Positions 25,443-34,219 of a stretch of 64,000 nt of DNA are shown here, piece by piece. A program made the translations under genes and the position numbers. Under the pieces are notes generated by a model. That model saw only the letters and a program-made list of their open reading frames with translations, had not been told where the DNA came from and made no database searches. Every line of letters begins with the position of its first letter. Positions within the stretch are counted from its first letter, which is position 1. Source of the stretch: a virus; the UHGV virus genome UHGV-0027388; one strand, written 5' to 3'.

Positions 25443-26003
25443 ATGACCTACGAAGAATGCAAAAAAAAAGGCGTATGCCCGCAGTGCAGGAAAAGGAAGG
25501 CAATAGAAGGATATTTCTACTGCCAAGAATGTCTGGATTACAAGCGCAAGTCCGCAGAGGAATACAGGAGAAGGAGAGGGGCTATGCCAAGGGCCGGAAT
25601 CGGAGAAAAGTATATAGCGTGTCGTCTAGAAAAATTTTGCCAGTATGGCGGCGGGAATGGGACGTGCGACTATTATCTCGATACAGGAATAAGGCGGGTT
25701 CCAATATGCGGAGTTGATTCAGAATGTACCGTGTTTGATCCGATAAGCGATGTAGCCGAAAAAGAAGCAAACAAAATAATTTCTGGGGCTTATTCCGAGG
25801 CTTGTGCGGGTGAAAAGGCGGGAAGAAAGGGCTGTCCTGCAATAAAGGGACACGAAGAAAAAGCGCTTGAGTTATACAAGAGCGGAATGTACGACACGGA
25901 AATTGGATGTGCGCTTGGACTTAGCACAAGCCAGATTTTTGAATGGAGAAAGTCGCTTAGATTGCCAGCAAACACTAGAAGAAGATCGGGCGAAAGGACG
26001 TGA
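25443..26003 (+). CDS. Cys-rich protein with a C-terminal sigma-70 region-4-like HTH (candidate late-gene regulator); A9 tract near its 5' end
   Basis: C-terminal IGCALGLSTSQIFEWRKSL. Multiple CxxC motifs. The poly-A9 at 25460-25468 lies inside codons 6-9. Confidence 0.45.
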   Translation: MTYEECKKKGVCPQCRKRKAIEGYFYCQECLDYKRKSAEEYRRRRGAMPRAGIGEKYIACRLEKFCQYGGGNGTCDYYLDTGIRRVPICGVDSECTVFDPISDVAEKEANKIISGAYSEACAGEKAGRKGCPAIKGHEEKALELYKSGMYDTEIGCALGLSTSQIFEWRKSLRLPANTRRRSGERT

Positions 26004-26233
26004 ATTTTGTGCCGTATGGGTATGAGAGACGCAGACGGAGAGCTGCAATATGCGAAGATAACTGCATGATGGAGCCGGAAATGCGAAACTGCAAAAGAGA
26101 CTGCGGGTCGTGCGGATGGGACATTGGAGAGCATCGGAGACGGGTTAAGCGGGTAAAAAATCTGGATTTAAAAGTGAATCAAGAAACCGGAAACCATTAT
26201 CTATCAATCAGAAGGAAGAACCCGTTTTTATGA
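26000..26233 (+). CDS. hypothetical small Cys-containing protein
   Basis: ORF-table entry. Confidence 0.35.
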   Translation: MNFVPYGYERRRRRAAICEDNCMMEPEMRNCKRDCGSCGWDIGEHRRRVKRVKNLDLKVNQETGNHYLSIRRKNPFL

Positions 26234-26511
26234 AAACGTGTCAGCACTACAAGAATGAGAGTTCGTGTTTTACTTGTCCATACCCGGATTGCAGATGGCA
26301 AGGGAAAATTGGAGTACGCAGACTGACCATTGATGAAAAAATCCAGAAAGAGGAAGCGTTGACTCTCAAATACGAATTAGAGTATATCGCAAAGAAAGAG
26401 CAGGGGGACCGTACAGGATCAAAGGGGCCATACAGCAAGATGAAATACCATGAAAAACGGCTGAGAGAGCTACGGTCTGAGAAAAAACGGATATATGGAG
26501 AAGCCGAATGA
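26230..26511 (+). CDS. hypothetical protein (93 aa), Cys4 N-terminus, basic C-terminus
   Basis: ORF-table entry. CQHYKNESSCFTCPYPDC. Confidence 0.4.
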   Translation: MKTCQHYKNESSCFTCPYPDCRWQGKIGVRRLTIDEKIQKEEALTLKYELEYIAKKEQGDRTGSKGPYSKMKYHEKRLRELRSEKKRIYGEAE

Positions 26512-26602
26512 GACACTCGGAAACTCCATAGCGCTTCCGCAAAGGAATTGTCGGAGATTATCAGAAATACCTATGAGGTGAAATTTGTTCGGAGATGATT
26601 GA

Positions 26603-27298
26603 TTGAGCGAATATATAAAAAACGGAGTTGCAAGCCGGACGTTCAACGCAGACTGCCTCATAAAAATGAAGGAGTACCCTGATGGTTATTTTGACCTTGC
26701 AGTGGTTGACCCACCATATGGCGGGGGGGGGGGGATTTCACGGCAGGAACGGAACGAGGTTCGGTGGCCGGTTCGAGAAATATACCTCTCAAGAACCGGC
26801 GGCGGATGGGCAGCTAAATTCGGCAAAAAAATTGTGGCTTGGGACAACGCGCCAAGCAAAGAATATTTCGATGAACTGTTTCGCGTTTCTAAGCAACAGG
26901 TCATATGGGGCGGGAATTACTTCAACCTCCCACCGTGCCGATGCTTTATTGCGTGGCATAAAACGAACATCCCGGAAGAATTTACAATGTCGAACGTAGA
27001 GTATGCATGGACTAGCTTCAATGAAAATGCCAAGCTATGGCACGGTTCCAGCGCAAGAAGCAAGAATGAATCCCATTTCCACCCGACGGAAAAGCCACAA
27101 GCTCTCTACGCATGGATTTTCCGGCGATTTTCAAAACCGGGCGATAAAATCCTAGATACACATTTAGGAAGCGGGACAAGCCGAAAGGCCGCATGGGATG
27201 CAGGGCTTGACTTCACTGGATTTGAGATAGATGCGGAGTACTTCCTGAAACAGGAGGAAGCATTTCAGGAATATGCGAATCAAACCACGCTATTTTAG
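26603..27298 (+). CDS. orphan DNA methyltransferase (beta-class N6-adenine/N4-cytosine, PF01555-like) with a coding G12 homopolymer
   Basis: Motif IV DPPY is followed immediately by GGGGG encoded by G12 (26723-26734). Motif I DTHLGSGTS. No partner restriction gene. Confidence 0.85.
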   Translation: MSEYIKNGVASRTFNADCLIKMKEYPDGYFDLAVVDPPYGGGGGISRQERNEVRWPVREIYLSRTGGGWAAKFGKKIVAWDNAPSKEYFDELFRVSKQQVIWGGNYFNLPPCRCFIAWHKTNIPEEFTMSNVEYAWTSFNENAKLWHGSSARSKNESHFHPTEKPQALYAWIFRRFSKPGDKILDTHLGSGTSRKAAWDAGLDFTGFEIDAEYFLKQEEAFQEYANQTTLF

Positions 27299-27348
27299 GT
27301 AGAACGCATATAAATGTACAGTTACAGATTCAACGCAAGGAGGATAAC

Positions 27349-27747
27349 ATGGGTAAAACATACAAGATCATGCTGACTGAGAATCAGCTCAGAGTCATCA
27401 ATGCAGCATTGGAGGAATATTTCCGGGCGGCGCTTGGCCAGTGGGATTTGCTGGCAGAACGTTTAGCTTTCCGTGGTTTCAACGACCACTCCAACAACAA
27501 CATTGAGCTTGTCCGGCGTATGACAAAGAAAGATGCAGCTAGGCGTATGCTTAACGCGGTAGGCGAAATCCTAGTTGATCGCTATGATATTCCCAAGCAG
27601 GAAGAAGATATGATCGCCGTTGATATGTGGCGCATTCTGCGGTGGGAATTGCAACCGGAGTCATTCAAGCGGGAAATTTACAGAGACACATACCACGAGA
27701 GCGATGAACCACCTATCAAGGTGGAGGAGGTATCAGATGACGCTTGA
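27349..27747 (+). CDS. hypothetical protein (132 aa)
   Basis: ORF-table entry. GGAGGA RBS. Confidence 0.5.
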   Translation: MGKTYKIMLTENQLRVINAALEEYFRAALGQWDLLAERLAFRGFNDHSNNNIELVRRMTKKDAARRMLNAVGEILVDRYDIPKQEEDMIAVDMWRILRWELQPESFKREIYRDTYHESDEPPIKVEEVSDDA

Positions 27748-27937
27748 AAACAAAAAGGAGCTTGTACGGCTTTTACATCTGTACATGGCTGATATTATGC
27801 GGCAGGATGCGGTCAAGCGGCGCGAGGATAAGCGCAATATGGGAATGCATATTGGCATTAAAAGCCAGTTCGACCATGCACGCATTATCGCAGACAAACT
27901 AACGAAAGAGATTTCAAACGATCTTTTCAGATTTTGA
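27737..27937 (+). CDS. hypothetical small protein (66 aa, internal start of ORF 27620..27937)
   Basis: GGAGGAGGT RBS before ATG MTLENKK. Confidence 0.4.
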   Translation: MTLENKKELVRLLHLYMADIMRQDAVKRREDKRNMGMHIGIKSQFDHARIIADKLTKEISNDLFRF

Positions 27938-27950
27938 CGGGGGAACAACC

Positions 27951-28154
27951 ATGTATGAACTGAAACCTTGCCCATTTTGCGGCGGGAGCGCGCTTCTGGG
28001 CACCGACCCGGACGGCGTGACCGATACAGAAGGAAGAAAATGGGCGTATATAGTTGTTTGTAGTGAATGTTGCGCAACGACAGGGCTGTGCGACTCTATT
28101 AGAATGGCGGCAAATAGCTGGAACAGGAGGGCCGAAGATGTACCTACTCTTTAA
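27951..28154 (+). CDS. lar: Lar-family restriction alleviation protein (second copy)
   Basis: MYELKPCPFCGGSALLG is the canonical Lar N-terminus. Confidence 0.75.
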   Translation: MYELKPCPFCGGSALLGTDPDGVTDTEGRKWAYIVVCSECCATTGLCDSIRMAANSWNRRAEDVPTL

Positions 28155-28401
28155 CATTATCTCCTTTTGTGCTGGCGCTATCATCGGCGTAGTGCTAACA
28201 GCCTGCATCGTTGCGGCGGATTGGCACGAGAAGCCCCGGCGGCACCGGGGTTGGTGGATTGTAGATGAAGAAGGTCGCGCGCACTGCTCTAGGTGCGGTG
28301 GTGTGATTGGCTTTAATGACCATGAGCCTACGGATTACTGCCCGTTATGCGGTGCAGAAATGAAAGGAGTGAAGATCGATGCAAAGAGAGATCAACAATG
28401 A
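28138..28401 (+). CDS. membrane-anchored zinc-ribbon protein (87 aa)
   Basis: TM segment IISFCAGAIIGVVLTACIV, then CSRCGG...CPLCG. Confidence 0.45.
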   Translation: MYLLFNIISFCAGAIIGVVLTACIVAADWHEKPRRHRGWWIVDEEGRAHCSRCGGVIGFNDHEPTDYCPLCGAEMKGVKIDAKRDQQ

Positions 28402-28729
28402 ACTGTACATCATGACAGAGGAAATCGAAAAGAGAATTGACATCGGCAATCAGCTCACACAAATTGCAGAGGAGGCTACAGAGCTGGCTCAAGCGGCGCT
28501 AAAATACAGGAGGGAGCTCCAAACCGAATATGGAGATAAAGGTATCAGTCCAACGCCCAAAACTGCAAATGAAACATATGTCGATCTCGTGGAAGAGTGT
28601 TCCGATGTTATGCTCTCCCTTATGGTGTTCGGAGAAGGACTTATCTCAGATGGAATTATGCTCAACAAGGCCAGACGCTGGCTAGACCGCTTGAAGCGCT
28701 ATCGGGATGAAGGCGAAGAAAACGACTAA
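28379..28729 (+). CDS. MazG-like nucleotide pyrophosphohydrolase-like protein (116 aa)
   Basis: EEATELAQA...EECSDVMLSL, two EExxE-type acidic helices. Assignment tentative. Confidence 0.45.
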   Translation: MQREINNELYIMTEEIEKRIDIGNQLTQIAEEATELAQAALKYRRELQTEYGDKGISPTPKTANETYVDLVEECSDVMLSLMVFGEGLISDGIMLNKARRWLDRLKRYRDEGEEND

Positions 28730-28758
28730 AAACTACGAAAAAGGAGCGAGGATAAAAG

Positions 28759-29352
28759 ATGAAAAAAGTAATTTCGTGCCATTGTGCAAATAGTTGCTCA
28801 CACTATCTAGTAAAACGTACCGTACCAATCACAATAGGAAAACACAAATTTGAATACAAAAATGTTAGAGCATTCTGTAGTAATTGCGGAGGAGAGGTGT
28901 GGACAGACGAAATTGTTATGCTCGCACACGAGACAGCCTCAGCATTGAGTCGGTTGATTGAGACTGCCCTGTATGAATCGTCTGAAGAAATCGAAAATCG
29001 TACAACGAGGAATGAGAGAAGAATGACCAGAAACGAAATTCTGAAAGCCGCAGAGAAAATCGTGAGCGGCGAACGACAGGAACAGTACGGTTCCCCGGAA
29101 GATAATTTTGCGGTGATTGCCCGCTATTGGGAGTGCTATCTTGATGCACGGGCGAAAAACGGCGGCAGTGATGCAACATTCACGCTTGGCGCAGACGATG
29201 TGGCGGCTATGATGATTCTTTTTAAAGTTGGCCGTCTAAGCACTGGTGCCGGAAGCGCCGATACATGGATTGACATTGCGGGCTATGCGGCTTGCGGCGG
29301 TCAAATTCAGACGGCGAAGAAGAATGACGGAGAATCCCCAAATGAAACGTAA
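28759..29352 (+). CDS. conserved phage protein with an N-terminal Cys4 zinc ribbon (197 aa)
   Basis: CHC...CSNCGG. C-terminal QYGSPEDNFAVIARYW...DTWIDIAGYAACG. Confidence 0.5.
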   Translation: MKKVISCHCANSCSHYLVKRTVPITIGKHKFEYKNVRAFCSNCGGEVWTDEIVMLAHETASALSRLIETALYESSEEIENRTTRNERRMTRNEILKAAEKIVSGERQEQYGSPEDNFAVIARYWECYLDARAKNGGSDATFTLGADDVAAMMILFKVGRLSTGAGSADTWIDIAGYAACGGQIQTAKKNDGESPNET

Positions 29353-29677
29353 TTCATACTTGGATAGGCTCCAACAACAGCGGGAGCTGGAACTCAATAT
29401 TGCGGAGACATGGGCTATTCAGAGTGCTATGGACTGCGCTGGGGATATTATGAACTCCATGTTTGGAATCGGTCGAGACAGGCTGGCGGAGTTCAATGCG
29501 GAATTTCAGAAGAATTACCCGGACTACCGAAGGGCGCTGACAAGAGACCCGGAAGCAGACTATTTCAGAGAAAAGATAGACCAGCGTCAAAAAGAAATTT
29601 ATAAAGAAAAAGCCCTCCCGTGGGAGGACAGATACGATGGATGGAAGGAGTTTTCCAATGCGAGTAAAGTTAGATGA
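29342..29677 (+). CDS. hypothetical protein (111 aa)
   Basis: Internal ATG (MKRNSYLDRL) of ORF 29246..29677. Confidence 0.4.
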   Translation: MKRNSYLDRLQQQRELELNIAETWAIQSAMDCAGDIMNSMFGIGRDRLAEFNAEFQKNYPDYRRALTRDPEADYFREKIDQRQKEIYKEKALPWEDRYDGWKEFSNASKVR

Positions 29678-30068
29678 GGGTGCATTCCCACCAGTCAGAG
29701 AGCATGAAACAGATGCTGGGCTTGACCTTAAAACCCCTATTTCCTTCAAGATTCTTCCGCACGAATCTAAAATCATTGATACCGGAGTCCATATTGAGCT
29801 TCCGCACGGAACAGTCGGAATGCTGAAAAGCAAGTCCGGACTGAACGTCAAGAAGAACATTGTGTCGGAGGGTGTCATTGATGAAGGATATACCGGGAGC
29901 ATTCGCGTAAAGCTCTATAATCATGGGAATTTCTTTGTGCCATTTGAGCGCGGAGACAAAATCAGCCAGCTTGTGATTATGCCTGTTCTCTATGAAGATG
30001 TAAAGATCGTTCATAAGCTGAAACCCTCTGAGCGCGGTGACAACGGATTTGGAAGCACCGGACGATAA
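29658..30068 (+). CDS. dut: dUTP diphosphatase (dUTPase)
   Basis: Motifs AGLDL, GVIDEGYTG and RGDNGFGSTG. AAGGAG RBS. Confidence 0.9.
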   Translation: MRVKLDEGAFPPVREHETDAGLDLKTPISFKILPHESKIIDTGVHIELPHGTVGMLKSKSGLNVKKNIVSEGVIDEGYTGSIRVKLYNHGNFFVPFERGDKISQLVIMPVLYEDVKIVHKLKPSERGDNGFGSTGR

Positions 30069-30130
30069 AGACAACCGAACGATAAAAAATGAGTGGCGCT
30101 CAAAACTGAGCGCCACTCATTATGCTTCTG

Positions 30131-30409
30131 TCACGCATTGCTCTCCGGTTTCTCGACAGATGCCGCGCAAAGTTTGCTCACTGCATCTAACACTTCGTCA
30201 ACGCCCGGCATTTCGGTCAGATCAAGCGTCTCCTCGTACAGATCACGCGCCTCCTTATGGATGAACTCACTCGCCCAGTAGAAGAACTGGCTGTATTCCT
30301 CGGAATCTACCTCAGTTCCGATTTTGAGTTGGAAGTTCATGAAATCTGCGACCTGCTTTGCGCCATAGGCTACCTGACGGATGTTTTCAATCTTGGTATT
30401 CTTGTTCAT
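30131..30409 (-). CDS. small acidic protein, family copy C (motif FFYWASEFIHKE)
   Basis: 92 aa. Shares the family motif. AAGGAGGA RBS. Divergently transcribed from an RHH gene across palindromic operators. Confidence 0.7.
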   Translation of the reverse strand: MNKNTKIENIRQVAYGAKQVADFMNFQLKIGTEVDSEEYSQFFYWASEFIHKEARDLYEETLDLTEMPGVDEVLDAVSKLCAASVEKPESNA

Positions 30410-30500
30410 AGTAAAATCCTCCTTAAAGTATGTGTGGCTTACTGGGATGTCCTTATTCTAATATAATGGGGACAATATATCAATTGCCGACTTACACAAA

Positions 30501-30544
30501 TATTGTACCCAATATATGTGTAAAGTGACTATTGTACCCAATAT
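30501..30544. promoter_or_regulatory. two copies of a 16-bp palindromic operator ATATTGtaccCAATAT (30501-30516, 30529-30544)
   Basis: Direct reading. Lies between divergent genes C and the RHH at 30578, just upstream of the -10-like GATATAAT. Confidence 0.65.
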
Positions 30545-30577
30545 GCGAATGAGATATAATGCAAAAGGGGTGATGCA

Positions 30578-30775
30578 ATGTCAGCAACTAAAGCACAGCA
30601 AAAGGCTGTTGCAAAGTATACTAAAGCAAATTATGACGAAATTAAGATTCGCACAGCAAAAGGCCAGAAAGCAGTAATCAAAGCCCACGCAGAAGCGCAC
30701 GGAGAAAGCGTCAACGGTTTTATAGGCCGCGCAATCAATGAGACGATTGACAGAGACAACGCCGAAAGCAGATAA
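30578..30775 (+). CDS. ribbon-helix-helix-like DNA-binding protein (65 aa)
   Basis: Paralogous to 8364-8705. Immediately downstream of the palindromic operators. Confidence 0.6.
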   Translation: MSATKAQQKAVAKYTKANYDEIKIRTAKGQKAVIKAHAEAHGESVNGFIGRAINETIDRDNAESR

Positions 30776-30917
30776 ACCATTGAATTTTGTGCGTTATAGT
30801 TGACAATGCGTGGTAAATAAAGTATATTTATTTTGATAAACGGCGCACTCCGCGTCACCGACAAGGTGTATGGAGTGCGCCGTTTCTTTATTTACGGAGA
30901 AAGGGGGATGCAATCGG

Positions 30918-32024
30918 ATGAAGTACAGCGAGTTTGACGAGGACGAACTGGACGAACTGGATGAAGAATTCGACGATGATCCGGATGAAACGGAAGATGC
31001 GGAAGAAGCCGTTGGTGAATCCAAGGGCACACGGGATTGGTCTGAGCGCGGGATGGCGGAAAAGGCCGTATTTGACCAGTTCGAGGCGGTCTTTGGAAAG
31101 AATCTTGCTGTGTTTTACTGCTGCGTCCGGTTTGACATTCCCTTTGAGACGAACTGCGTTCCTAAGAAACCAGTAGATAACGCATGGGCGCTCTATAAGC
31201 GCCGTCTGCGCAAGAGAAAAGAATATCTCGGTGAGAATTTTGGTGGAAAAGGCTTTCTTGATGGAATGGCCGACATCACCAAAATTTTTGGTGCAGACCT
31301 TACCCTAAAGGACTTCTCACGGGCAGTTGACGCGGAGGTTGCCGCCCGTGTGCGCCGCAATGGCACTAATAAGCAGAGGGCGGATTGGGGCACAAACGGC
31401 ACCAAGAATCCGTACACGAACTACGACTACCAAGAACTGGACAGAACCTACGCTATTTTCTGCTCCCGTAAAAAGGGCGTTGGTTTGGATGAACAGCAGG
31501 AATATACTCTGCGTGAGTGCGCAAAGATGGACTTGGCAATGCAGAAAGCAATGCAAGCCGGAGACGTTCAGACCGCCGCAAAGTATCACGCTATGATTCA
31601 AAAGAGCCTTGAATCTGAAAGTATGCGCAAGAAGGATGAAAAACCAGTTGATGATTTGAGAATCGACGGCATCACAGATGCGCTTGAAAAGAAGTATGGA
31701 ATTGATCCTAACAAGATGCTCTCTAAAGAAGCGGTTCTGAAAGTGATCTATGAATGGATGCGCAGTAAGAAATATCCCGAAACGCTGGACTGCGCCCATA
31801 AAATCACACTGAGCATTATCAATGCAACGCGAATCAACAACGATGAACCACCGCTGCTTGACCTGCCAGAAGAACTTGAGTTCACCGACGATTACGGAGA
31901 GCTGGCAAAAGAGCCGAATGAAGCGGAACAAGCGGCATATGAGTATCTTGGATTGATCCGAGGGAATGGGAAGGCAAACCCACCCACGGAAGAAAACGAC
32001 AAGGACGAGATAGACGATGGCTAA
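30918..32024 (+). CDS. acidic phage protein, possible terminase small subunit or packaging accessory (368 aa)
   Basis: Sits immediately upstream of, and overlapping, the terminase large subunit. N-terminal poly-acidic tract. Assigned by position only. Confidence 0.35.
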   Translation: MKYSEFDEDELDELDEEFDDDPDETEDAEEAVGESKGTRDWSERGMAEKAVFDQFEAVFGKNLAVFYCCVRFDIPFETNCVPKKPVDNAWALYKRRLRKRKEYLGENFGGKGFLDGMADITKIFGADLTLKDFSRAVDAEVAARVRRNGTNKQRADWGTNGTKNPYTNYDYQELDRTYAIFCSRKKGVGLDEQQEYTLRECAKMDLAMQKAMQAGDVQTAAKYHAMIQKSLESESMRKKDEKPVDDLRIDGITDALEKKYGIDPNKMLSKEAVLKVIYEWMRSKKYPETLDCAHKITLSIINATRINNDEPPLLDLPEELEFTDDYGELAKEPNEAEQAAYEYLGLIRGNGKANPPTEENDKDEIDDG

Positions 32025-33882
32025 GAGAGGCGGCAAAGTCTGGGTGTCCAGCATAGGCTGGGTCACTAAGAAAACCACAGAAGCAATCGACTATGCAGAG
32101 TTCCAAGAGGACGGCTGGGCACTGCTGATTTCATTCATTAGATGGTTTCCAGACTTCCTTCTTGATCTGATGCGTTCAGATGAAGCAGATTACCAGAATG
32201 AGGAACTCATTCAGAGAGTCATGATGCGGGCTATGGCTGAATACCAGTATGTTGATATTACAGGTTGCCGTGGCCTGACAAAGACGAACACAACGTTCAA
32301 AGAAGAGTATGTAGAAGCCCTAGTTTGGCCGGGAACTAAAACTGCTTACTACGGCCCTTCCTATAAACAGCTTGCCAAGATTGGAAGTAAGACCCACCAA
32401 CAGCTTGAACACGACTACCCCGGTATAACCAAACACTTTGTGGTGGAAGCAGAGTCCGTTGATAGATTTGAGCTGTCTACACAGTTCCACTCCACATTTG
32501 CTATTACTGCAATTCGTGGCGATAACATCCACAAGGTCATTGCAGAAGAATATGCACAGGAAGAAAACCCTGCATTCGACTACGAGGAATATAAACGTGT
32601 CGTTCTTCCTGCTGTCCGTCTGCAACATATGGTGAATGGACGACCCGACCCGACATATGTTCGCTTCAAACAGCACAGCATAACGTCAGCTGGACGCAGA
32701 CAGAACCACAGCTACGAAACCAGAAGCAGGCACTACCAGATGATGCAGCGCGGAGAAAGCGCGTTCGTGATGGATGTTCCGTTCGCTGTTCCGCTCCTGT
32801 CTCAAATGCGGCCCATTCAATGGGCACAGAACCTTAAAACGGAGTTGACCCCGGAAGAGTGGGCAAGAGAAATGGACAGCAGATATACAGGCGCAGACGC
32901 AAATCCTATTGTCAGTGACGAGGATTTGCATGAAAGCAGAAGCCTGATGCTGATGGAAGAACACCACTGCTGCAAAGACCAAGGATGTAAGTTAAATCCA
33001 GAGGATGTTATCTATATTGTCTGCTATGACGTTTCATATGAGGACAACAAGCGGAACGCAAAATGCGCCTGTTGCGTCCTGAAACTGACAAAACAGAGCG
33101 ACTTTTTAAAGCGCGACAAATACCTAAAGCAGGTTGTTTGGGTAGACGATTGGCCGCCGCCTCCAACCAGTATGATGCAGGCCAGAAAGCTAAAGCAGAT
33201 TTGGTATAAATACTGCATAGAGGGTGGAAACACAACCTATATTGCAATCGACGGTTGGCAGTACGGTAAATCCGTTGTTGAAAACCTCATGATGGATTTA
33301 GGAGATGGCGTTTCTCCGCTTTGTATTGTTGACCATGCGCAATACACAGAATTGGAGCTTGAGGGTGCGCTTCCCGTTATATACGCCATAAAGGCGGGCG
33401 GTGCTGGCGCGACAGACCCGGATAGTGAAATGGTGCGAAACGCAGAGCTTCAATTCGTCAACCATAATGTCCAACTACTAACATTCAATAGATACGAGGG
33501 TGTGGAAGCCTACAAAAAGGCCCATCGTATTAAAGACGACTATATGGATGCCGTTATAGACACACCATATAAAAAGACAACAGCTCTTGTTGGACAGATT
33601 CAGAACCTAAAAAAGGTTCCAAGTGGTGCTGGATTCAGCGAAAAGCGCATTTCAAAGCACATTCAACGTGATAGTTGGTCTGCGTTGAAATACGGTTTGA
33701 GAATCGCCCAGAGGCTTGAATGGAAGAACCTGATGCGGGCTGAGAAAAAATCAGATTGGGACGAAGAGCTGAATAAATATCGCGGCAAATCGGAACTGAA
33801 AACCAGAAGCGTAGTTGGCACCACGGGCGGAACATTCGGCGGTCGAATGATCGGCACAAGAAGGGGCGGGAGAATTTCGTAA
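32017..33882 (+). CDS. terminase large subunit
   Basis: 621 aa. P-loop-like ITGCRGLTKT near the N-terminus. Followed by the portal gene. Confidence 0.75.
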   Translation: MAKRGGKVWVSSIGWVTKKTTEAIDYAEFQEDGWALLISFIRWFPDFLLDLMRSDEADYQNEELIQRVMMRAMAEYQYVDITGCRGLTKTNTTFKEEYVEALVWPGTKTAYYGPSYKQLAKIGSKTHQQLEHDYPGITKHFVVEAESVDRFELSTQFHSTFAITAIRGDNIHKVIAEEYAQEENPAFDYEEYKRVVLPAVRLQHMVNGRPDPTYVRFKQHSITSAGRRQNHSYETRSRHYQMMQRGESAFVMDVPFAVPLLSQMRPIQWAQNLKTELTPEEWAREMDSRYTGADANPIVSDEDLHESRSLMLMEEHHCCKDQGCKLNPEDVIYIVCYDVSYEDNKRNAKCACCVLKLTKQSDFLKRDKYLKQVVWVDDWPPPPTSMMQARKLKQIWYKYCIEGGNTTYIAIDGWQYGKSVVENLMMDLGDGVSPLCIVDHAQYTELELEGALPVIYAIKAGGAGATDPDSEMVRNAELQFVNHNVQLLTFNRYEGVEAYKKAHRIKDDYMDAVIDTPYKKTTALVGQIQNLKKVPSGAGFSEKRISKHIQRDSWSALKYGLRIAQRLEWKNLMRAEKKSDWDEELNKYRGKSELKTRSVVGTTGGTFGGRMIGTRRGGRIS

Positions 33883-33883
33883 T

Positions 33884-34219
33884 ATGGCAAGAAAAAAGAA
33901 ATATCGCCTGTTCGCACTTCGACCGGATGAGAGCGGCGTAAAGTGTGCGACCGAAAGCGAGTTTAGCCGCATTACTCCCAAATACGTTCTGATCTATAAA
34001 TCTGGCAGAAAGCCAGAGAATAGCGTAGAGATAAAGAGTGCAGACCTGGATCGCCTGACTTTGGCTGATGAACAGTGGCTATTTGAGTCAAATCTTAAAA
34101 TCATTGCAAACGAAGCAAGGAAGAAGCGCCCGGAAACGGAAGCAAAACTGAACGCAATGGTTGAGAGTTTGCAAAAGGCGCTGGAAGAGGAAAGAAAAAA
34201 AGAGGAGGGTGCAATTTGA
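33884..34219 (+). CDS. hypothetical phage protein (111 aa)
   Basis: ORF-table entry between terminase and portal. Confidence 0.5.
   Translation: MARKKKYRLFALRPDESGVKCATESEFSRITPKYVLIYKSGRKPENSVEIKSADLDRLTLADEQWLFESNLKIIANEARKKRPETEAKLNAMVESLQKALEEERKKEEGAI

Noticed and set aside
30870-30917. Upstream extension of the acidic packaging protein (ORF-table start at 30870)
   Set aside because: The internal ATG at 30918 has a GGAGAAAGGGGG RBS. The extension covers the terminator and promoter region after the RHH gene.
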